Shown: piece after piece, positions 52,903 to 64,000 of the stretch
Layout of the letters: each line of letters begins with the position of its first letter
Numbering within the stretch: the stretch's first letter is position 1
Assembly: GCA_951406725.2 (NCBI GenBank)
Contig: OX597817.1
Coordinates: forward strand, 117,428,001-117,492,000
Direction of reading: 5' to 3'
Source of the DNA: Octopus vulgaris
Taxonomy: Eukaryota
DNA: 64,000 nucleotides
Position numbers and translations under genes: made by a program
The notes under the pieces: model-generated
The model's database searches: none
Seen by the model: only the letters and a program-made list of their open reading frames with translations
Told to the model about the DNA's origin: nothing

Positions 52903-55235
52903 CAGGTATCCCTCACTTTACGGAAGTAATGCTTTTCTGAAGATCTAGCTGTAACATAAAATCCCGTAATGCAAAAATAACTTCCTCATTGATTGTCATG
53001 TTAGCAAGTGAGATTACATTCCTACGGACATTTTCGCAAAAAAGAACACCAGAAAACAAAAACAAAAAAACAACAACAATATAATCACCTTTATACATGA
53101 AAATAATTTCTAAACATATACTATACAATGTAGATACATAAAAACACAAAAACATTTCCAGAGGAAGACGTTGCAGAATTAATAAGAATTCTAATATCAT
53201 AAATCGTAATATTGTACGAGTATATACTTACAATAAAAGATGTTGACTACTGTGTGAGGTGTGGTGGTGGAATGGGCGTTAGTAGGAGGAGGATGGACAA
53301 TATTTACTATCTTATCGTTAATCATCGCCAACATCAGCTTTGGGAGTGAAGAACTTATCCAAAGTTGTTTGTTGCTTATGATACATCATCTCTTTGTACT
53401 GCTCGGTGTAGGAACTGAGCTCATTGTAAACTCTTTTTGTATTTATTATGTTACGTTCACGATTAGTATAATTATCAACTAAAACCTGTTGACCTTCCTA
53501 ACCATTTAGCAATAATTTTTGTAGTCGATTTAAGTTCCTTTTGTTTCTTCCTTTTCGGGCCATGCCTGGCTCATAAGGGCTGGTTTCCTGGTTTCCTTGG
53601 CGTATAGGTTCCCCACCTGGACGGGACGCCGGTCCGTCGCAAGTGAGCTGCAAGATGCAGGAGGAAAGAATGAAAGTTATGGCGAAAGAGTCAGCAGAAG
53701 TTCGCCATTATCTTCTGCTGGAGCCACGTGGAGCTTAGGTGTTTCGCTCATAAACACACACATCTCCTGGTCTGAGATTCGAACCCGCGATCCCTCGACT
53801 GCGAGTCCGCTGCTCTAACCACTAGGCCATGTGCCTCCACAGTCGATTTAAGTGGTGTAGATGAAGCTTCCTTTGTCTCATCTTTATTTTAAGCTTGTCC
53901 TTTTTCTAATAGCATTAGCTCCTCGTTGGATAAACTTAACATCTAGGTCACTAGCAATTCAATCACATCATCCTCTATGAATTCTTCAAATCTTACGTTC
54001 TTTGCAATTGTCGCAATATCTTTCCGAATTTGATGTAGACTTTCTGTTTGAGGAAAACTTATAATATCACAGACAATCTGGACATATAATTTTCCAAGCA
54101 TTATTTAAAGTTCGAAGATTCACTTCGTCCCATTATTTAGCTCTATTGTCCACGGCATCCATTATGTTGAATTTCTTCCAGGAATCTCTAATTGTAAGTC
54201 TATCCTCCTGGTCAATTGCATTCATAAATTGTTTGCAAGTTCTCGTATGATATGCCTTGAAGTTAGCTGTCACACCTTGATGTATTGGCTGGGGAAAAGA
54301 AGTTGTATTCTTGGGGATATATTCTTCTCTCACATTATGTGAAAAGTCATTTAAATTTGTGGGGTGACTCAATGCATTGTCGAAAAATGCAATAATTTTA
54401 GAAGTTTTATGTCTAGCACTGTACCTTGCTATGGTATAGCAAAAATCATTTGTAAACCACTTTTTGAAAAGGCTCTTAATCATCCAGGCTTTCTTATTTG
54501 AACGCCAAATCAGAAGTAGGTTAAACTTTGTGTAACACTTCAAAGCTCTTAGAGTTTTGGAGTGATACATATGTAGGGTTTTTAATTTCATATTACCAGC
54601 AGTACTGCCCCCCAAAAGAAGTGCCAGACGATTTCTGGAAGCTTTAAATCCAGGTGTTGATTTTTCTTCTCGAGAAATATAAGTTGTAGCAGACAAGCAT
54701 TTCCAGAAAAGTGCACTTTCATCAACAGTGTATACTTGCTCTAGGGCATATATCCCCGCTCCCGCAAACAATAGTTTTATTCTTGTGCTAGGGGTTATTA
54801 GTAGCTACCTGTGTATCAGACCTCGCAGTTTCACCAGTCATTTTTAAATTGTACAAATTCATGCATCTCTTTAACCTTTCAAACCAACCTTTACTAGCTA
54901 AAAAGAGATTTTCAATAGATATTTCACCTTTCTTTTTATGTAAATCGTTATATAAACTTTTGGCTTGTTTTTGGATTACTATGCTGTTTATCGGATGATG
55001 CTTGATACATGCACCCAAAGATCAATCCATTTTAAGCATTACATAACATCTATGGAAAAAAATATCTGGGGGACTTAACAGATTAGTATCTTGAGCACTT
55101 GACTATTTTCTATCTATTGTCCCGTATTGTTCCCACTGGAGACAGTGCAAGATTTAACGTTTTGGCAATATAACATCAAGTCTTTTAAAAGCAAATTTAA
55201 CATCCAGTGGAATACCTTTATGGGTCTTTTTTACA
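52903..55235 (-). mobile_element. Tigger/pogo DNA transposon relic
   Basis: TA-CAGGTATCCCTCAC terminus. Minus-strand KGIPLDVK (N-terminus), FLASKGWFERLKR (CENP-B HTH), VYTVDESALFWK, WRSNKKAWM, FDNALSHP and PKNTTSFPQPIHQGV (DDE_1). Confidence 0.88.
53536..53840 (-). mobile_element. Young tRNA-derived SINE (family C) inserted in the Tigger relic
   Basis: TGGCCTAGTGG and GGTTCGAATC boxes; perfect 13-bp TSD AGTCGATTTAAGT (53523-53535, 53841-53853). Confidence 0.88.
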
Positions 55236-56768
55236 CTACACCCTTCATTTCCATTTGATAGTATTTTTCAGACATCTGCGATTGAAGTTGTACCAGGATG
55301 CGAGTTTGAGTTACCGCATTGTAGATTTCAAATCACGATGTCATGTGTACAGCCAGTCAGAAGCCAGGCATCTCGTGAAAGATGATTCTAGAAGGACCTG
55401 GAACTTTTCCCTCCAGCGATTATAAACGGAGTTGATTTTAGGTGTTAATTCGCAGTTTTGTAGACATCTGGCCAGAATGATGGTCTCCAATCTCGCCAAG
55501 TCGTTCTAACGACTGCATACTTAACCAATATGCAATTGTAGTGGAAGACGTGTAGCGGCGCATATTTATATTTCTCCGGTGTTTAATCCAACTCCGGTGG
55601 TAAATTTTGATTTCTGGCTACTTTGTATATTTTACTATATTTCTTTCATCTTGCTGACTATGTGTACATTTGTAATGCATGACCAGCTTCAATACGACTT
55701 GTGCAGCGATAATAAATCATGTTTGACTGTAAGCTTGGAATTGTTAAATCATTATACGCAGCTTTCCGCAAACCACCTAACAACTCATCCCAACAATTTA
55801 TGTGTGATCTAGGCAACAGATTTATTGAAAATTAATATGGTCACTTGGTTATATGTAGGAACGATACACAGCCTAGCCAAATATCCATAGCCGACTTAAC
55901 CAAGCTATATTTGGCGACTCCGACGTTTAACACAAGCTATAAGGGTAAATCGAACAGCAGGGCAATTAATTATCAACAATAAATACGTAATTAAAAACAA
56001 AATTACCCCTGGAAAATTGTCGTATTTCTATGGATGAAAAAAGAAAATGAGATGAGAAGGTGAAGAACTGAGAAAGAGAAAGCACTATGTGATAATAGTT
56101 AGCAGAAGTACCACCAGATTTTATTGTCAGTTCACCACTTGCACTATCGACGCACAGCATAAACACTTACACACACAAACAAATATAGACACACACACAA
56201 ACAATATATAGTCGCACTCGCACGCACAGACACAATACACAATCACACACACGCACGCCCATGCACACACATGTGTTGACGTACATGTTTTTACCTGTTG
56301 TAGCCAGTTGAATTCAAAAGTAAGTGGGTTGAAAGTGGTGATAATGTGAGTTACGTTGGTTTAGATGTTAGGGATGGTGAGTAGTTACTGTTGGGAGAGT
56401 GGTAGTCATATTTTTCTTGCTAATTGTATTGATGCGTCTGTTTAGTTTCAAGTCATTCCTCCTAGACCTAAGATCAAAGACATTTCATTCAACTTTTAAT
56501 ATACACTAGGATAACACATTATATGCTTTTATTTTAAATGGATTTGCTTATTTTCTTCATACTATATATTATTGTCGCTATTGGTAGCTGTGTTGCTGTC
56601 GATGATTGAACCACATAGACATTTATGCATACACACTTTTTCACACACACACACACTGCAGCTATGATGGAGCACCACCTTTAGTCGAACAAATCGACCC
56701 CGGAACTTATTCTTTGTAAGCTTAGTACATATTCTATCGGTCTCTAAAATTCTAACCTCCCCGGCGGG

Positions 56769-56809
<41 letters not shown>

Positions 56810-56810
<1 letters not shown>

Positions 56811-57209
56811 TCAATAGTTCGTACATCCGAAGAAGCACGCTCTAAAGCATTAGAGCAGTAAAATATTTTATAGGAATTTAAATGTTATGGCCGGTCATAA
56901 AGTAACCATTGGTTCCGCATCAATAAACCGCTTAGCAGTATAGGTGACTCATCAGACTCAAATGGTCAAAGGAGAATAACCTCTCTATAAGTGGAGGAAG
57001 AAATACGTCACAGTCAGTTTTGTAAGCAAAAACTATTTGTCCGTGCAGGCAGGACGGAGTTATATTCGTAGATCCTGCGGCGAGACTACTCAACGAATGG
57101 AGAATTTCAAGTTCGTAGTTGGAAATGTTTTAAATGTGGGCACTGACTAAACATTTCTTTCCCGAAGTTTTAAAGGATCGCTGGCTCGAGCGAGTTTTTT
57201 TACGATTCT

Positions 57210-57249
<40 letters not shown>

Positions 57250-57560
57250 CAAGCAAAACCTGCATCGTTTGTTCCCATTTATATAAGTACCCAGTTGTTC
57301 AAGGACCTTCCATTTGATAATGTATGGGGTTCCTTCCTCTTTTAACATGGCTATGGAAGTGATGTGTCTTTCCAGTACCCTAAAATGAAACTTGTGGTGG
57401 TTCAGACGTTGCTTAAATATGTCGGTCGAAACGGTATATTTTCGTGTCTTTGTATTGTATGTGCTGCTACTGCTGAAGTTTCTTTCGTTAACTCTTGGTC
57501 TGATGTCGTTGTTGTTGTGTTGTTGGAGTCGCTACCAGTGCTGATATTCTTGGACGTGGT
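56810..57560 (-). mobile_element. Penelope-like 3' fragment: GIY-YIG relic plus decayed hammerhead (56900-56959)
   Basis: FKQRLNHHK...YIIKWKVLE...YINGNKRCRFCLVE. Downstream GAGU-CUGAUGA...GGAA-CCAAUGG-UU-ACUU. Confidence 0.7.
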
Positions 57561-57781
57561 TCTGATGGTTCCGTTGCTGCTGGCGTAGCACTTTATAGGT
57601 GTGAAACCAATGAGGCCCAACAACTATTATTCTACTGCTCACTTATGGCTCTCTGTATTTATGAGCTTTTGTAGATTTGGGGTAATCCATAGAAATTCCT
57701 GTTTTTAATTTCAAGGTTATCAGTTAATTAATGTTCTTGTTTTATTCATTATTTACATGTATGTATGTGTGTATGTATGCA

Positions 57782-57812
<31 letters not shown>

Positions 57813-58046
57813 GTGTGTATGTATGTATGTACACATATATAGATATCAAAAGAACGAATATGCTCTTCCTCATTTATATAGAAGGCATAACATTTTCTGT
57901 AACAATTATATCCCATGAGGCTTGGAAACAATCAAGATGAAAGTGCTAATAAATAGTTATTCAAAATTCTGACTATATCCTTTTTCTTAATGCACACACA
58001 CATAGAATATGAGGTGGTTTTGTTCACTGAAGATCTAAGCCAATAG

Positions 58047-58463
58047 GTGCGCTGCGTAAATGCTATAATTCGTCATCCGTTAGGTTCCAAGCCCCTCATT
58101 AGAGAAAACTTGAAAACTAGAAAAAATTTGCATAAATTCTTTGTTAATTTTAATCTATATATCACATTTGAAAACACCTACAAAACAGCTAATTTTCTAG
58201 ATATTACTTTAGATTTAAAATCTTCGCTGTACTATCCCAACCATAAGCCAATTAAATACCTCAGATACCTTAGCATAAACTCTAATCATCATAAATCTAC
58301 CGTCGTTAGTATAATCAAAGGCATATCCAACGGAATATCGGATATCTCCGCAATGGAGGAAATTTTCAATAGCTACGCTACATACTATAAACAGATAATA
58401 TTGGTTATAACGAGAAAGTTTACGAAAATAAACAAAAGACGAAGACAGGTGGAGTACTCCTGA
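58047..58463 (+). pseudogene. Penelope-like RT C-terminal (thumb) fragment
   Basis: NFLDITLDL...YYPNHKP...YLSINSNH...ISDIS...EIF. Confidence 0.78.
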
Positions 58464-59164
58464 CCTTGGTATTTCGGAAAGTGAACCTGGAGCGCCAACT
58501 AAAAGAGAAATCCCAAACAATCAACCACCTCCTCTGCATGCATGAATGGAAACTGTAAGGCAAGGATGAGACACAAGTGAGTTCCTTGGTGAACACGGTC
58601 CACTCTTTTAATGTTGATATTAGAAGGTAATTTGGGCTCAAGAAGTGTGAAATAATCTACCTAAAAAGAGCAAGTACAGCATGGAAGATAGATATCAAAT
58701 GATGATGATGATGGCTTATAAATAGATAGACAGATAGATAGATAGACAGACAGACAAACAGATAGATAGATAGACAAACAGATAGATAGATAGATAGACA
58801 CACACATATGTATATAGTGCATTTGACATAATTAACCCCTTCTACTGCTTGACTACTGATATTGATTTCTTTGCATCCCATGTAAGTTAGTGGTTTGGTA
58901 AAAAGCTTTTAATAAACTACATGGGTCAATTTGTCTTATTACATCCATCAAGGTAATGCTCCAGCATAGCTGCAATCCGATGACAGGAACAAGAAACAAA
59001 ATTTTTTTTTTGAATACAAGACAATTTTCTAATCTTGGGATAACAATGTTTACTGTCAATAGTTTTTATTTTCATTTATAAATGTCGTATGATGCATATG
59101 TCTGTGAACTGAGATCACTTCTTGTTCTGACTGCATATTAAAGTATGTGGTCAGCCTTGATATA

Positions 59165-60449
59165 AGAAATGGTATCAAAACGTTCCCGGACCAGTTATGT
59201 TCAATGAAAAAAAAAATCTTATTTACAAGCGTAGGTGTGGCTGTGTAGCAAGTAGCTTGCTTACCAGCCACATAGTTCCAGGTTCAGTCCCACTGCGTGG
59301 CACCTTCGGCAGGTGTCTTCTACTATAGCCTCAGGCTGACCAAAGCCTTGTGAGTGGATTTGGTAGACGGAAACTGAAAGAAGCTTGTCGTATATATGTA
59401 TGTATATATATGTATGTATGTGTGTATATATGTTTGTGTGTCTGTGTTTGTCCACCCAACATCGCTTGACAACCGATGCTGGTGTATTTATGTCCCCGTT
59501 ACTTAGTGGTTTGGCAAAAGAGACTGATAGAATAAGTACTAGGCTTACAAAGAATAAGTCCTGGGGTCGATTTGCTCAACTAAAGGTGGTGCTCCAGCAT
59601 GGCCACAGTCAAAAATGACTGAAACAAGTAAAAGAGTAAATAAGTTTTAACATTATCTGTTTTGAAATAATTACCTTGCATAGCAACACACTGGTGCCAG
59701 TGTTCCTACCACTTTTGGAATCCAGCTTGGGAGTCACTATCCATTAGTGAGTTGAGGATCTTCTGCGATTCAGTCTGGATTTCCGCAATGGTGTTAAAAC
59801 AGTGATCTTTGAGCTGCATTTTCATCTTGGGGAAGAGAGAGAAGACTACAGGTGCTAAATTTGGAAATGGGGCAGGTGGGGAAGTGATAAAATGTTGTTT
59901 TAGGCAAGAAACTCACAAGTGAAAAGAAGCATTGATGTTGTGAAGAATTCCATACTTTGTGCCCCACAGATCCAATCACTTTCACCGAAAGTCTTCAAAC
60001 ACTTCAAAACCTTGCACTAGAACTCTCAATGTACAATTCTCGGTGCACAATGCCACGGATGTCAAGGAAACAATGAGCATGCACTTGATGGAGTTGTGGC
60101 TCTCTTGTGCATTCTTTGGTCGTGGAGATGAGGTGCTCTTCCATTGTGACTACTGCTGCTTCATCTCAAAGTTGGATCCAATTCTTGCCACCAGTAATGA
60201 ATTCCCAAGTTTAATGCAAAATTTCCTGTTGGCTCTTTATTCCAACTTCCTGTCCATGACAAAAATCACAGACTACAGCATAGAGGTTGTTACAGAACAA
60301 ATTTCACACCTTGTGAAGTAAACACAGAAATAACATTTGATACGCTGTCTCATAATGGTCACTGCTAGCTCTCACCATGCACACAATTGTGTGCTGCCAT
60401 CTGTTGATGCACTACAAAACTAGTCCAGGAACCTTTTGATACCATCTCA
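59165..60449 (-). mobile_element. Non-autonomous mariner with a SINE insertion
   Basis: About 30-bp TIRs atggtatcaaaacgttcccggaccagtt and aactagtccaggaaccttttgataccat. Minus-strand LPHLPHFPNLAPVVFSLFPKMKMQLKDHCF. Confidence 0.8.
59229..59640 (+). mobile_element. SINE family A, full length
   Basis: Match to family A. Confidence 0.85.
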
Positions 60450-62751
60450 TAAGGGTTTGAAATGACACTTTAGAAGCAGTGTCATTGTATAGCCCTTCAG
60501 TCTAATAACTGAAACAATTTACAAAGGAAAAAAAATATCTTAGGTGGAATTACTATTGAAGTTTAGCACGTGTTGTACTAAAATCAGATATAGTTATAAG
60601 TACTGTAATATGATTGTTAGTGTTTTGTTTTGAGATAGAAAATGGCATAACGCTTTTGTTTTCAATGTCTAAGTATCTTTAATAATAGTATTGATTTTAG
60701 CTATAGCGAAATATATTAATATTATCACTTTTTTGTTAAGACAATACTATTGTTATGGTAAAATTCTCCAGCAGCTCGCTTTATTTATTTTCGTATCTTA
60801 TTTAGTAAACTTTCGAAATGTGGAAAATATTTGATGTTTTTCATTAATAGTTATTAGCTTCTGATCTCATAGTTGTTTATCTTGCATATGAATTTTTTGA
60901 AAGATTCATATAATATTTCTGGTTTTATCTTTCAAACATTTCATTGTGTATAGGTTTAATGTGACAAATTAATTCTTAAGTCAGGGAAGGAAGTTGCTTC
61001 AATGCAAGATAATTTATACACATAAGTAAAAAGAAGATAGTATTGTAATATGAATGCAGGCATGGATGTTTCATTAAGAAGTTCAGTTCACAAACACCTC
61101 CTTCTGAGTGTCATCCTGTTGCTCATTGTCTTCTACAGAGTATCAAATAGATAAGGCCTTGTGAATAGAATTTGGAAGATCAAAGCTGTGCAGAAGTGAA
61201 GTATATTGATAAATCTGTGCTTTCAAGTCAAAGGAAATCTCTTTTGGGATATAAGTGCCTCCTGAATATCATTATCAGTTTCTCTATAATGTTACTAATC
61301 TTGAATGCAATGAGCAAATGATTGGCTTATTAAAATTTCAGAAATCTGTATCTATGAAGTAATTTATAATACATGATATAATCTGAATAGCTAGTAAGAT
61401 ACTGGATGACATTTACAAAAAACGTTGACATAGAAATCATTTAAAAAAGATGCAACAGAATACTTAATTGTGGAAAAAATATTTTAAATAAACTTTGTAT
61501 AAGTTGATAATTTATTCTCATTATCAGTGTTCAGTAAACTTAAAAACTATGAATAGTAGTCAAAGCTATACAAGAAACTCCATTTTTTCAGTGATCCACC
61601 CCCAATTTCCTGATAATGAAACATGTCATGGTATATTAATCCTGACAGAGTCGGTCCATGCCTGAACACAAACCATCTCCTTCTCAGAAAAAGAACTGAC
61701 ATCAATCCTAGAATGGCATCTTTTTCTTTTTTTCCCCTACAAGACGAAGGGCAAATTTGACTTCACTGGGATTTGAACTCAGAGTGTACACAACTGACAC
61801 AAATACCACAGAGCATTCTATCTAAAACTTTAACGTCTCTGCTAATAAAGATAGTTATATTTTTGTAGAGTCATGATAAGCATACTGCTCACATATATAC
61901 CATTGTATTTCATTTTTTGCTAGTGTTATTTGAAATAAATCCACTGCATCTCATCTCTCATTTTTGAAGGGAGAGGATAAGGCACTTCATCATATCTAAT
62001 ACTATCACAAAATAAAATAAATACAAATCTATATAAACAAAATATAATAGAGATCTATGGGTATTCTTCCACATGGAAATCGATTCGGTTTCCTCACACA
62101 ATCTTATAACAAGTCATTTGCCTATAAACCCAAATACCTTTTACCAACCACTCCTTTCTGCTTTACCCCATACCATAATTCTAGTAATAATCCCCCTCTC
62201 TCATTTTCCTTCGCCCTAACGAATTTCTGTTCTGTTACTGAGTTGTATATTGTATATACATTTCCTGTACACCCTCAATCCAATGTTTTCCATTGTGTGC
62301 AGGTGCTAGTTAATGTTACGTTGCCAGCTGGGATAAACAGCTTCTATTGTCCATGTGCATGTAAGGTCTGTCATATGTTACACTATGTCTGTGCTTCTAC
62401 TTGCTGTGTGTGTGTGTGTGTGTGTCTTTCCTCTTTTTTTTTCTTTTGCGCTGGCATGTAATTCTTTCTACAGTATTCATTACATTTCAACATGTTCCTT
62501 TTCTTTCTCTCCGTATTCTTTCCTGATTCTCCTTCCTCCTCCCTAACACAAATACATACACACAAACATACATCTATACATCTATAGACAGGCACATGCA
62601 GAAAACACATAAACATATACATATGCATGCACACTTGCACATACAAATATATATCTATCTATATCTGTGTGTGGGTCTGATGTGTGTTATATGTGTGTTT
62701 GTGTATATGTATGTATATATTATATATGTACATATATATACATATATTTTG

Positions 62752-62792
<41 letters not shown>

Positions 62793-62817
62793 CATAAAAA
62801 CATACATATAGACATTC

Positions 62818-62853
<36 letters not shown>

Positions 62854-63682
62854 CAAGAGGTAAAAGGCATCTAGGCAGATATCTAGAAAGCACTCAGTGT
62901 TAAATGAATTTGGTTAAGTATATCAAACAATCAGATACTGATAAATTCAAATAGAATTAGCATCCAAGGTAATTCGTTATGTATAATAAGTAAATCCAAA
63001 TATTGTTTAGAATTTGCTTTTAATTCTTAATTTAATATATTTTCACATGTGCTATGCCACAGCACATCAGCAAGTATATTTCACTCACTTGCATGTAAGT
63101 CAAAGACCAGAGATTCAAATTGTTTCCAGATGGTCCTAGTACATGGTAGTGATGAGCCATAATAATTGTGAAATATCGATATCTACCATTGTCAGTGATT
63201 CTCAGGTGAGTTGTCTGACTTGTCTGTGACATACACGTGGTTTTTAACACTCGATGTCATATAGGGGGTATTCTCTGGATGCTATAGCAAATTCAGTATA
63301 TAGACACATTTACATGGTGCATGTGTGATTGATAATGTTTACATAACTAGACCTACTTTTTGTAATCTAATTTGCTTTCACGTGTGCTATGCCTCAGCAC
63401 ATCAGCAAATAGATTTCTCTCTATTTGCATATAAGTCATAGACCAGATATTTACTTCTAGCTTTATCTTTCAAATATTTCATTGTATATAGGTTTAATGC
63501 AACAAATTAATTCTTAAGTTAATAAAGGGAAGGTACTTTATATGCCTATATGTATATGTGATATAAGCAATGTGAGTGATGGCATGGATATTTTATCAAG
63601 AAGTTTATTTTTATATTATCCAAATACATAATATTGAGAAGCCACAATAATGGTGAAATATCAGTATCTATCATTCTTGTGA

Positions 63683-64000
63683 AGGCACATGGCTCAGTGG
63701 TTAGAGCGTTTGGCTTATGATTGTGAGGTTGTGAGCTCAAAACCTGGACTGGGCTGCGTGTTGTGTTCTTGAGCAAGACACTTTATTTCACGTTGCTCCA
63801 GTTCACTCATCTGTAGAAATGAGTTGTGATGTCACAGGTGCCAAGCTGTATCGGCCGTTGCCTTTCCCTTGGATAATACTGGTGGCATGGAGAGGAGAGG
63901 CCGGTATGCATGGATGACTGCTGGTCTTCCATAAACAACCTTGCCCGGACTTGTGCCTGGGAGGGTAACTTTGTAGTTGCAATCCCATGGTCTGTGTCGT
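63683..64000 (+). mobile_element. tRNA-derived CORE-like SINE (family D), runs off the window
   Basis: TGGCTCAGTGG A box, degenerate B box, and cttgagcaagacact...cagttcactcatctgtagaaatgag (CORE-like). Confidence 0.75.

Noticed and set aside
53765-53840. tRNA gene on the minus strand
   Set aside because: It is a SINE head followed by a body and tail, and is bounded by a TSD.
54133-55018. Domesticated TIGD/CENP-B-like host gene
   Set aside because: Frameshifted, with a retained TIR, so it is a dead transposon.
56826-56870. Plus-strand hammerhead (CCGAAGA plus GCTCTA/TAGAGC hairpin)
   Set aside because: Both core boxes are mutated and there is no convincing stem I or III.

Overview
AT-rich, microsatellite-dense animal non-coding DNA. 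The SINE families and repeat density suggest an octopod cephalopod, but that is my recognition and not a database result. I found no supportable host protein-coding exon. Most ORF-track entries are translations of microsatellites or SINEs. The window is a graveyard of mobile elements: a full-length mariner, several deleted mariner/Tc1 relics and MITEs, a Tigger/pogo relic, RTE LINE fragments, at least four tRNA-derived SINE families and several Penelope-like elements (PLEs). The most notable signal is a set of about 8 minimal type-I hammerhead ribozyme motifs in PLE termini. In one family the pseudo-LTR carries a tRNA-like Pol III A/B-box head directly upstream of the hammerhead. That module occurs both at the 3' end of an RT/GIY-YIG Penelope copy (45625-47120) and as a stand-alone, TSD-flanked 539-bp foldback insertion (382-920).
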